Made by a program: the position numbers and the translations under genes. The notes under the pieces were generated by a model that did not search any database, was not told where the DNA came from, and saw only the letters and a program-made list of their open reading frames with translations. Of a DNA stretch of 46,102 nucleotides, positions 19,244-27,686 are shown in pieces (position 1 is the first letter of the stretch; each line of letters starts with the position of its first letter). The stretch covers positions 3,868 through 49,969 of the forward strand of contig DETO01000002.1 in NCBI GenBank assembly GCA_002362135.1, written 5' to 3'. This stretch comes from Ruminococcus sp. UBA3286. GTDB lineage: Bacteria > Bacillota > Clostridia > Oscillospirales > Ruminococcaceae.

Positions 19244-20122
19244 TCACTCTATATTCTGAATCTGCTCGCGAATCTTTTCCAATTCCGCTTTCATGTCCAC
19301 CACAAGCTTGGTAATATCGAGATCCTGCGCCTTTGAGCCGATAGTATTAACTTCGCGGTTCATTTCCTGCACAAGAAAATCGAGTTTTCTGCCGATTGGA
19401 TCTTTTGAATCCATCATATCCAGAAGCTGAGAAATATGACTTTTCAGGCGGACTGTTTCCTCGTCAACGGCTATTTTTTCGGCGAAAATGGCAGCTTCCG
19501 TCAGAATCCGCTGCTGATCGATATCCTTGCCTTCAAGAACGTCGCTGAGTTTGCGGAATAATCTTTCGCGGTAATTCTCAACTGTCTGCGGTGAGATTTT
19601 CTCGACCTCAGCAACCATTTCCAGAATAAGCTGAGATTTTTCAAGAACGTCGCTGCGGAGTTTTTCGCCCTCGACGCTTCTCATCGCCACAAATTTTTCA
19701 ATAGCCTCAAAAGCGACTTCCTCAACATCTTTCCAGACTTGTTCCTCATCATCGGGAGTTTTCTGCACATTAAAAATATCCGGAAGCTTGATAAGCTTGG
19801 ACAGCGTGAGATCATCTTCGACTCCCAATTCGTCAGCAGCGCCCCTGAGCGCCGAAATATAGCCGAGAGCCGCCCCTTTATTTATCGCGATCTCCGTATC
19901 TTTGCCCTCGATATTATTAATAGTTACATTCACATCGACTTTGCCGCGTGAGATTTTCTGTTTAAGCAGCCCCTTTAATTTTTCATCGATATAATTATAG
20001 GTTCTGGGAATTCTCGAAGAATACTCATAATATCTATGATTTACGGAACGAATCTCGACGAGAATATCTCTGCCGTTGAGTATTTTTTGTGCGCGGCCAT
20101 AGCCTGTCATACTTTTTAGCAC
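19244..20122 (-). CDS. yloC: YicC/YloC family endoribonuclease
   Basis: SMTGYG, EIRSVNHRY, RGKV, GRKLDFLVQEMNREVNTIGSK, IREQIQNIE; probable GTG start at 20122. Confidence 0.92.
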   Translation of the reverse strand: MLKSMTGYGRAQKILNGRDILVEIRSVNHRYYEYSSRIPRTYNYIDEKLKGLLKQKISRGKVDVNVTINNIEGKDTEIAINKGAALGYISALRGAADELGVEDDLTLSKLIKLPDIFNVQKTPDDEEQVWKDVEEVAFEAIEKFVAMRSVEGEKLRSDVLEKSQLILEMVAEVEKISPQTVENYRERLFRKLSDVLEGKDIDQQRILTEAAIFAEKIAVDEETVRLKSHISQLLDMMDSKDPIGRKLDFLVQEMNREVNTIGSKAQDLDITKLVVDMKAELEKIREQIQNIE

Positions 20123-20180
20123 CCAATCGCCTTCTTCCTTTTTATTACGATTCCTATTCATCGCATAATGATACTATTAT

Positions 20181-20209
20181 ATTATAACACAACCGCCGGA
20201 ATTTTGCAA
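20181..20209 (-). promoter_or_regulatory. Putative sigmaA promoter of the yloC operon
   Basis: TTGCAA-17 nt-TATAAT with extended TG. Confidence 0.7.
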
Positions 20210-20242
20210 GTGTTTTCCAAAAAGACATAGTAGAAAAAAAGC

Positions 20243-20275
20243 AAAAAAAGACTGCCGAAATTGGCAGTCTTTTTT
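20243..20275 (-). terminator. Intrinsic terminator after the CBM4-GH9 gene
   Basis: AAAAAAAGACTGCC-GAAATT-GGCAGTCTTTTTT. Confidence 0.85.
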
Positions 20276-20304
20276 ATTTTCAGCAAATTATATTTGCATT
20301 CAAA

Positions 20305-23300
20305 TTATTCTGTTACAGGGAAATCGCTCTGCTTGTAAATGCCGGCATCCATCTTCTGGATTGCGAGAGCATCAAGAGCAGTTACACCGTCGCCGTTGTT
20401 AGCGCAGTCAGCGTTCTTCATACCCTTATCTGTAAGCTTATATTCATCCTTATTTGTGAGGTACTGGAGGATGAGAGTTGCGTCAGCGATCTCAACCTTG
20501 CCGTCAACGTTGGCGTCACCCCAAAGGATCTTATCGTCATCCGAACCGGAAGGAGTAGTAGGCTTTGTAGGCTTAACATCGCCGGAAGCGTCAGCTGCTT
20601 CATCCTGCATGAATGATGCGATCCAAGCAAGAGGAGCGTTCCAGTTGATCGTTACCTCGTTTGTAGACCAAGCTTCGATAGAGTCAACAAAGCATCTCTG
20701 TGACGGATTTGTAGGATCACCGGGAACGAAAGCAAGAGCACGTACATAAGGATCCTGGAGACCTGCGTTAGGACCGCCGGAAAGGATTCCGTCAGGAGCC
20801 ATAGGCAGAGTCTTGTCAAGTTCGTAAGACCAGTATCTGTGGTGAGGATTCTTCTCCATGTAAGTACCATAACCTGTTACGAAGGAGAATGAAAGCGGGT
20901 TTGTACCAAAGAGGTAGTCAAGAGCCGTTGATACACCGTTCATATACTTAATGTCATTGTCAATATCGTAAGCATAAGCCATAACGATACAGTTGTTGAT
21001 TACCATGGAGTTTGAACCCCACTCGTAACCCTTGATCCAAACATCAGGATCGAGGTTGTTAGGATCGTTGTAAGCCTCTGCGGGAGCCTTATAAGGTATA
21101 CCGTAGCCCTGCTCATTTTCGATATCGATATACTCATCAGCAGCTGTCTTGATAGCGGACTGAACCTTTGCAAGTTCGTCAGCTGAGATATAGTCGCCGT
21201 GGAGTGCAAGTGAGAGAGTACCTGCGGAAGCAGTATTTCCCCAGTTGAAGGATGTGTAAGAACCGTCCTTGTTTTCACCGCCGACCATTCTTGTATTACA
21301 TTTGTAAGCGTACTCAGACTCATCAATTACCTTCTTGAACTCTGCTGCAATGTCATCCTTGCCCATAGCCTTAGCAGAAAGGTAGATTTCGCAAGCTGCC
21401 CAGTATGCGTCGTCCAGTACGTTGTTATCGCCGTAAGGTCCGCCGCCCTTTGCCTGCCACATAGGAGCATAGAGTGAATCCTCTCTGATCTCTTCCTTGG
21501 GGCATTTACAATTCAGTGTAGGATGTGTTGTCGTTGTATCATCATAAGGATAGTAGTTGTCCTTATATGCCTTGAATGCATCAACAGCGGTTGTGAGGTA
21601 ATTTTCAGCCTTAGCGCTGTCATATTCATTCCAAAGTCTTGCAGCCTGACCTGCACAAGCAGAATAGTTAAGTGTAGCAGCAAACGTCGGAGGCTTTACA
21701 ATACGGGTAGTTTCCCATTCTGTTTCATAGTCCCACGGTCTCGTAGCAAGACCTGTCCACTTATGGTCGTGGAGCTTGTGGTAGTAAAGACCTTCGTACT
21801 TGCCCCATGCGCTGTCGCTTGAAGTAACCTTCATCTGAGCGATCCAGTCAAGTTCAACTGCTGCTTCATCAAGAACGTCAGGAACCTTGTTGCCTGCTTC
21901 AGGAATAACAACTGTACCTGAACCGTCAGCAAACTTAGCCTTGCCCTCTTCTGTCTGAATAGCTCTCTCATACATATTCTGGAGAGTCCAGATAGAGATA
22001 CCGCCGTTTACAACGTATTTACCGTGGTCGCCGGCGTCGTACCAACCGCCGTTAGCAGTAAGAGTACCGCACTTGTAAGTACCGGTTGCTTCTTCCTTAG
22101 AAGAATACTCGTTCTTCCAGATCTTCTGGATAGCAGCCGTATCGGTCTTGTGACCGCCCTTATGACCCATGCCTGTACCCTTGCCGTCAGAGCCGCCTGA
22201 TGTACAGTACTGATCTTCAATATCAACACCTGAACGGTTCTGATAGAAGTAGTTCATTGCATTTGTAAGCATATTGTGGCTCTCATCATAGTAGATGTTG
22301 TCGCCGATATTGAACTCGAAAGATCTCCAGTCCTCTCCGCGAATCTGGATATAGTATCTGCCGGGAGTTGTGAATTCAGAGAAATCAAGCTTGCAAACGC
22401 TGTCGGCAGAATCTCCGTCATGCATAGGAGCAGTAGATTCACCTGTCCATACAGCCTCGCCTGTTTTAGCGTCGCATACGTCGAATTTGTATGTACCGCT
22501 GAGAGCGATCTTTGTAGCGTTAGGCAGAACGTCGCCCTGGTTATCGCCGAGAACAGCAACCTTGGACAGATTCGGATAGTAACCGATCTGGTTTACGGAA
22601 ACGAAGTTAACATTTTTGCCGTTCTTGAGAACCTGTCTCTTTGTTTCCTCTGAGAAGTTAGCGCCGTAGTCACGGTTTGTTGCGCCAAACGAGTTAGAAG
22701 GATCTGCATCGCAGTCATCGCATGTCGTACAAATGATGGACATATCGTCAAACCAAAGTTCGTCGCCTTCCTGAGCATTACCGCCGTAGCCGCGGGAATC
22801 CTTTCCATAGTGGAACGTCCACTCCATACCTTCAAGATCCTTAGTAGGCTTGAAAGTACCGGAGAATTCCTGATACTCAGTAGTCAGCTTAACAGCGCTT
22901 CCCCACTGACCGCCCATGTGAGGTCCCATGTGCATATCGCCTGAATTGCCGTCAAGCTCGAAATATTCTTCCATTGTTCCGCCGATCTCACCGATCTTGG
23001 AACAAAGCTCCATGCCGTTTCTCTTTGCCTTTACCTTAAAGCTTACTTTGTATTCGTGGCCTGCCTTGAAGTTGAGGTTTCTGTGACGGAACTGAAGATC
23101 CCACTTAGCCTTTTCGCCGCCCTCCGGAACCTTTACTGTAATGTGAAATGCTTTGTCTTCAAGTCTGAAGTCCTGCTTAGCAGGTGATGTTTCACAAGTG
23201 TGCCAAGGAAGCGCCTTATCCGTAAAAGATGTTTCGCCAAGTACCTGACCTGCGGAAGCGCTCATAGGAGCGATAACGCCGGTAACGGCTGTAGCGAGCA

Positions 23301-23352
23301 TAGCAGCAGACATAAGACTTCCGGCAATAGCCTTAGTAATTTTCTTGTGCAT
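20305..23352 (-). CDS. Cellulosomal GH9 cellulase: signal peptide-CBM4-Ig-GH9-dockerin
   Basis: Signal peptide ending ASA; CBM4-like region; VSVNQIGY Ig domain; GGWYDAGDHGKY, PHHR, NEVTINWNA; C-terminal dockerin GDANVDGKVEIADA...NAD...GVTALDAL. Start ATG 23352 (GGGAGG SD). Confidence 0.93.
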   Translation of the reverse strand: MHKKITKAIAGSLMSAAMLATAVTGVIAPMSASAGQVLGETSFTDKALPWHTCETSPAKQDFRLEDKAFHITVKVPEGGEKAKWDLQFRHRNLNFKAGHEYKVSFKVKAKRNGMELCSKIGEIGGTMEEYFELDGNSGDMHMGPHMGGQWGSAVKLTTEYQEFSGTFKPTKDLEGMEWTFHYGKDSRGYGGNAQEGDELWFDDMSIICTTCDDCDADPSNSFGATNRDYGANFSEETKRQVLKNGKNVNFVSVNQIGYYPNLSKVAVLGDNQGDVLPNATKIALSGTYKFDVCDAKTGEAVWTGESTAPMHDGDSADSVCKLDFSEFTTPGRYYIQIRGEDWRSFEFNIGDNIYYDESHNMLTNAMNYFYQNRSGVDIEDQYCTSGGSDGKGTGMGHKGGHKTDTAAIQKIWKNEYSSKEEATGTYKCGTLTANGGWYDAGDHGKYVVNGGISIWTLQNMYERAIQTEEGKAKFADGSGTVVIPEAGNKVPDVLDEAAVELDWIAQMKVTSSDSAWGKYEGLYYHKLHDHKWTGLATRPWDYETEWETTRIVKPPTFAATLNYSACAGQAARLWNEYDSAKAENYLTTAVDAFKAYKDNYYPYDDTTTTHPTLNCKCPKEEIREDSLYAPMWQAKGGGPYGDNNVLDDAYWAACEIYLSAKAMGKDDIAAEFKKVIDESEYAYKCNTRMVGGENKDGSYTSFNWGNTASAGTLSLALHGDYISADELAKVQSAIKTAADEYIDIENEQGYGIPYKAPAEAYNDPNNLDPDVWIKGYEWGSNSMVINNCIVMAYAYDIDNDIKYMNGVSTALDYLFGTNPLSFSFVTGYGTYMEKNPHHRYWSYELDKTLPMAPDGILSGGPNAGLQDPYVRALAFVPGDPTNPSQRCFVDSIEAWSTNEVTINWNAPLAWIASFMQDEAADASGDVKPTKPTTPSGSDDDKILWGDANVDGKVEIADATLILQYLTNKDEYKLTDKGMKNADCANNGDGVTALDALAIQKMDAGIYKQSDFPVTE

Positions 23353-23491
23353 TTTATACCCTCCCAAAAAATATAAATATAAATTTTATAACGCAATGCC
23401 AGTGCATACATTGCGGTTATATGTATGAATCAAGCCGAGCAGCAGCCCATGATCATTCATTGGGCTTGCACCTGCATTACTCGTTATCTTT

Positions 23492-23520
23492 ATTATATTA
23501 TATTCGCGCATAAATGTAAA
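23492..23520 (-). promoter_or_regulatory. Putative sigmaA promoter of the CBM4-GH9 gene
   Basis: TTTACA-17 nt-TATAAT, implying a leader of about 130 nt. Confidence 0.6.
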
Positions 23521-23594
23521 TAGCTTTCCAAAAATTCGTGTATTTCTATAATATAACAGGCTCATATTTGTGCATCTTGCCAAAAATTCACCAA

Positions 23595-23625
23595 ACGCCA
23601 AAAGGAGCGCACGCCCCTTTTGCGT
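23595..23625 (-). terminator. 3' hairpin/terminator after the GH9-CBM3c gene
   Basis: Minus strand ACGCAAAAGGGGCG-TG-CGCTCCTTTTGGCGT; weak U tract. Confidence 0.5.
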
Positions 23626-23667
23626 CTGATTTGTGAATAAATCAATTCTTTATCATAAAACTGTTCG

Positions 23668-26007
23668 TTATTCCTTTACGGGAAATTCGCTCTGCTTGTA
23701 AATGCCGGCGTCCATCTTCTGTATCGTGAGCGCGTCGAGAGCGGTCACGCCGTCGCCGTTATTAGCGCAGTCAGCGTTCTTCATGCCCTTTTCAGTAAGC
23801 TTATATTCGTCCTTATTTGTGAGATACTGGAGAATAAGAGTAGCGTCCGCGATCTCAACCTTGCCGTCAACGTTGGCGTCGCCGTAAAGCACCTCATCAG
23901 AACCCGAAGGCTGCGAAGGATCGGTAGGTTTTGTGGGATTCTCAGGATCAGTAGGCTGTGGAGTCGTGCCGTCAGGTTCTGTACCCCATACAAGCTGATC
24001 GTTCACATACATGGTGATGTGATCATTCAGCGAATCAGGCTTTTTAAGGTCGGTAGCATCTTCAACGCCATGATATGACCAGTCGTTTGAAGGATCCCAC
24101 GCACCTGTAGTAGGCTTTCCGTCTATAGCATCCGGAATTGAAATTCTGAACTGAACTTCATCACGATGTTCACTCTGACCTGTAGGCTGTATAGCTCTTC
24201 CGTCAATGAACTGAATTTTAGCATAATAGGTATTGCCCGTCCGATCGCCCTCATACTTATACGGACCGGAAACCTCGGCATATCCCTGCTGTCCTTCGCT
24301 ATACTGCTGAGAACCGCTCTTTATTGTAATATCATCGACTGAAAGCCCTGCCGCCAGAACTTCCGAAACATCAAAATAGTAGTTATAAGAAATGTTCTTT
24401 TCAACTCTTGCCGGCCATGCCGTGTGATTCATAGCCCACGCCTTGATTTCGGTATAGCTGTTACCCGAACCGTTAAGAACGGCTGCAACTTCCCATTCAG
24501 CCCATTTAGGAGTTTCAACAGGCGGGAAATCAGCAAGCTTTTCTCCGCCGTAATCACTGACCATAGCGCAGAGTGCCGCTGTATAGCCTGCATTGTAGTC
24601 GATAGCAACTTCCGAATACTGATACTGGGATACATCATTAGTATATTCGCCCTGACTGTTAGGACCGCCAATTAATGCACCGTAAAGCGTATGAGCATAT
24701 TCAGTCTGCCAGCCTTCGTTGCTGGATGCCTGACCGAGATCGTTCCAGTGGTCGTCATGAATACCGGAAGCTGTTCTGTGATGAAACGCCGTCGGCTGTT
24801 TATCGCCCATACCGAGAACATAGCTCAAACCAAGATCATTGTCGCCAAAACAATAATCCATCTGACTTTTCGCCCATGTATTGTACTTTTCAACCTTTGC
24901 CGCATCGTCCTTAAATATAGTATCGCAGGCAAGCTTTGCAAGCCATGCAGTACTTGACGCGTGACGGAGCGAACCCCACTGCATCAGATAAGCAAGACCG
25001 TCAGGAGTATAGTCGATCTTCTTTCCGCCGTAACCGTCTATCCAATAATCAAGATGATGAGAAATATGGTCTATCCATTCAGTTTTTCCCGTATTGATGG
25101 CATAAAGGAGGGCAGCGCCCTGAGTTGTATCGTCCCAGCAAAATCCCCACGTATACTTCTTGTCTGTAGACTGGTTTTCAGTAGGAAACTGCGGAATATA
25201 ATCAGACTCGATCTTATCAAGATAACTCTGTTCGCCTGTTGCCATGTAGAGCCAGTTTGCAGCATACATACAGTCGTCTACCCAGCTTTGCGGCTTATAC
25301 ATATCTTTCATAGCGCCGTTTTCATTAGCTCTTATTTTGTCGGCAGTCTCAAAATATTTCTTTGCCTGTTCCAAATAAGCCGCCGCTTTTTCAGGCTGTT
25401 CATCTTTGAAGATAATGTAGCCCTCAGCAAGCGCAGCGGCTGAAAGCGCCATTGTTGTGGAATCGGCGATCTCGTCGTAAGGACGCACCTCATCATCGAA
25501 CTTGAGCTTATGCTTTCTCATGTAAACTTCCGCGCTGCACCATACAACGTGGTCGTCTTCATCACCAATAGTACCTATTATCTTATCTCCTCTGTCGCAC
25601 TGCATAAGAAAGTCAAGAGTCCACTGAACATTATTTCTGTACGTCTCGCCTATCCCTAAACTGTCCACAGTATCTTTATAAGCAATATAGCCCCATTCAA
25701 GAACTGACGCGGAATAAGCGTTTGTTAAGGTGAACTTGTAGTGGTCGCCTGCGTCAAACCAGCCGCCCGTCGCAACGTCTGTCTCTTCGCCTGCCTCATT
25801 GACCATCGAATCCGCACGCCACGATACAGAATTCCATTCAGGAAGAACTCCTGCCTGCTGAACCTCGTAGAAAAACAGCGACTTCTGGAGCGCTTCGCCG
25901 TAATTGACCGTCACATCTGCGGCATTCGCAGCAGGAACGGCAGCAGTCAGCATACTTGCCGACATTGCCAATGCCGACAAAACTGCCGTAAGCTTTTTAA
26001 ATTTCAT
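23668..26007 (-). CDS. Cellulosomal GH9 endoglucanase: signal peptide-GH9-CBM3c-dockerin
   Basis: NYGEALQKSLFFYEVQ, GGWFDAGDHYKF, HHRTAS, SEVAIDYNA; CBM3c (TEIKA..MNHTAWPAR, EVQFRI, WDPSNDWSY); PT linker; dockerin. Confidence 0.93.
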   Translation of the reverse strand: MKFKKLTAVLSALAMSASMLTAAVPAANAADVTVNYGEALQKSLFFYEVQQAGVLPEWNSVSWRADSMVNEAGEETDVATGGWFDAGDHYKFTLTNAYSASVLEWGYIAYKDTVDSLGIGETYRNNVQWTLDFLMQCDRGDKIIGTIGDEDDHVVWCSAEVYMRKHKLKFDDEVRPYDEIADSTTMALSAAALAEGYIIFKDEQPEKAAAYLEQAKKYFETADKIRANENGAMKDMYKPQSWVDDCMYAANWLYMATGEQSYLDKIESDYIPQFPTENQSTDKKYTWGFCWDDTTQGAALLYAINTGKTEWIDHISHHLDYWIDGYGGKKIDYTPDGLAYLMQWGSLRHASSTAWLAKLACDTIFKDDAAKVEKYNTWAKSQMDYCFGDNDLGLSYVLGMGDKQPTAFHHRTASGIHDDHWNDLGQASSNEGWQTEYAHTLYGALIGGPNSQGEYTNDVSQYQYSEVAIDYNAGYTAALCAMVSDYGGEKLADFPPVETPKWAEWEVAAVLNGSGNSYTEIKAWAMNHTAWPARVEKNISYNYYFDVSEVLAAGLSVDDITIKSGSQQYSEGQQGYAEVSGPYKYEGDRTGNTYYAKIQFIDGRAIQPTGQSEHRDEVQFRISIPDAIDGKPTTGAWDPSNDWSYHGVEDATDLKKPDSLNDHITMYVNDQLVWGTEPDGTTPQPTDPENPTKPTDPSQPSGSDEVLYGDANVDGKVEIADATLILQYLTNKDEYKLTEKGMKNADCANNGDGVTALDALTIQKMDAGIYKQSEFPVKE

Positions 26008-26062
26008 GATTATATTACCCCCTCATTTTCGGGCAGTATGCATACTACCCCTTTATACTATA

Positions 26063-26091
26063 ACTATACACCATTTTTAGCCGTTTGTCAA
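26063..26091 (-). promoter_or_regulatory. sigmaA promoter of the GH9-CBM3c gene
   Basis: TTGACA-17 nt-TATAGT. Confidence 0.75.
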
Positions 26092-26177
26092 GACTTATAG
26101 CTGTTTTTCACGAAAATCAATTTTAGGCAGCCTTTAAAAAACTATTTGGTTACAGCAATTCCACTTGAGATAAAGAT

Positions 26178-26297
26178 AATTTTACTGAGGACAAAGCGAA
26201 AAAGTGAAGGCATACTGTCGTATGACGAACTTTTTCAACGCAGTCATCAGCAAAATTTTCCAAAAATATGTGCAGCTTATCCTATGAGCACAGGCTC
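26178..26297. mobile_element. MITE-like repeat with an ERIC/Correia-like hairpin core and a GAGCCTGT-type right end
   Basis: Hairpin 26178-26257 contains GCATACTGTCGTATG, the reverse complement of 38293-38307. Right end ...GTGCAGCTTATCCTATGAGCACAGGCTC followed by TTA. No matching left end found. Confidence 0.7.
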
Positions 26298-26753
26298 TTA
26301 GTCCCAGCCTGCGTCATATGTGCTGCTTACTTCTCTGCGTTCGGTTTCCTCATCGCGATCTTCGATCGTTTCGACGGAAGAAGTTTTCGATTCATTCCGA
26401 TATTCGTCGTAAAATTCTCCGTCTCGGTTGATCATCATGACCATCGATACAAACAGCGCAGCCGCCGCAACAGCGATTCCGATAAGCACTATCACTCCCG
26501 CATTAGTAACGTCGATTTTTTCTTTTTTCGCCGCAGAATCGGAATATTCCACAGTTTTTCCGACAGATTCAACTTCCCTGAAAGAAACGTCCTGCACGGT
26601 TTCATCTTTCGAAAGATTCACTCCCGAATCCGACTTTGGCATATTTGAATAGATTTCCTGCTTCATATCGCATCCGTAGCAAATAACAGCCGATTTCGGC
26701 AGGCGAGTTCCGCAGCGCCTGCAAAATTTAAAATCATTTATATTCTGATTCAT
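26298..26753 (-). CDS. Zinc-ribbon domain membrane protein
   Basis: N-terminal CRRCG...ICYGC, one TM segment, acidic tail; own promoter and an AGGAAAG SD. Confidence 0.7.
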   Translation of the reverse strand: MNQNINDFKFCRRCGTRLPKSAVICYGCDMKQEIYSNMPKSDSGVNLSKDETVQDVSFREVESVGKTVEYSDSAAKKEKIDVTNAGVIVLIGIAVAAAALFVSMVMMINRDGEFYDEYRNESKTSSVETIEDRDEETERREVSSTYDAGWD

Positions 26754-26794
26754 AAACTCACTTTCCTAATAAGTAATAATTATATTATAATTTG

Positions 26795-26823
26795 ATTATA
26801 TCATTACAAGGAAATTTTTTCAA
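26795..26823 (-). promoter_or_regulatory. Putative sigmaA promoter of the zinc-ribbon gene
   Basis: TTGAAA-17 nt-TATAAT with extended TG. Confidence 0.65.
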
Positions 26824-26909
26824 TAGATTTTTGTAATTACCGATGTGACATTTGTCATTAAAAAAGGCTGTACCGAAAGACAAATAGTGAGCGATAGTTT
26901 CCGAGGAGT

Positions 26910-27602
26910 TCAATAATAAAGCATTGCAATACAGATACCTACTATAATGCAAATTACACCGAATATTACTGTAGGAGTGATATTCGTGATATCAAAGAAT
27001 CCTTTAGATGTATTTTCATCGCTTCGGGAATTCTCTTCTGTGACGCTGACAGTTGTGAAATAGAAGAACCCCTCGCGTGCTTTGTTGCCACTGTGGGAAT
27101 ATTCCTCGGTAAGAAAGTTCACCCTGTCCCACACTTCCTCGTCAAAAAGTTCTGTACGTCTCATTGCATAATTTTCACTGTCCGTCAGAAACAACTGCAC
27201 GATCGGCGTAAAATCGGAATATCTTTTCAGATAACCAACGCCCGCGTTAATATCCTTTACAGTTTTACTGCCATATTTATACACATTTGACGTAACAAGT
27301 CTCATACCTTCATGCAGATTATAAATTTCCGCAAGTCTTTCCGGAAATTCCAGAAAAACAACGCCGTCCATTTCATCGGAATATGCCGAAATAATCAGCG
27401 GATTTACAGAATACACAATTGCCGGCTGTGTATCGCCTTTCATCATAAATTCGTTTATACACTCGAAATTGCTGTTGTACCGCGATTTTTCTAAAACCGA
27501 TAATTCAAGTATATCATCACGCACCTGCGCGAATTTTCTTTTCGAAAGCTCCACATTTCCGGAATTTTCGGCATAAGTATTCGGGTCTGTATAACTTCCC
27601 AT
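26910..27602 (-). CDS. Hypothetical protein with a C-terminal TM anchor
   Basis: 230-aa ORF from ATG 27602 (GAGGTG SD); hydrophobic C-terminus; family not recognised. Confidence 0.7.
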   Translation of the reverse strand: MGSYTDPNTYAENSGNVELSKRKFAQVRDDILELSVLEKSRYNSNFECINEFMMKGDTQPAIVYSVNPLIISAYSDEMDGVVFLEFPERLAEIYNLHEGMRLVTSNVYKYGSKTVKDINAGVGYLKRYSDFTPIVQLFLTDSENYAMRRTELFDEEVWDRVNFLTEEYSHSGNKAREGFFYFTTVSVTEENSRSDENTSKGFFDITNITPTVIFGVICIIVGICIAMLYY

Positions 27603-27627
27603 AAATATCACCTCATTATTGAATAAT

Positions 27628-27662
27628 AAAGGCTGCACCATAAATATAGGTACAGCCTTTTT
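27628..27662 (-). terminator. Terminator hairpin after ispH-rpsA
   Basis: AAAGGCTGCACC-ATAAATATA-GGTACAGCCTTT, followed on the minus strand by TTTATTATT. Confidence 0.7.
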
Positions 27663-27686
27663 CATTATCAATTTTATTATGCTGAA

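Noticed and set aside
23386-23601. 71-aa ORF between the GH9 genes
   Set aside because: No SD, and it overlaps the promoter and structured leader; treated as non-coding.
26124-26141. TAGGCAGCCTTTAAAAAAC as the left end of the 26-kb element or partner of the AAAGGCTG repeats
   Set aside because: Only about 9 bp of match and not complementary to the right end; cannot be supported.
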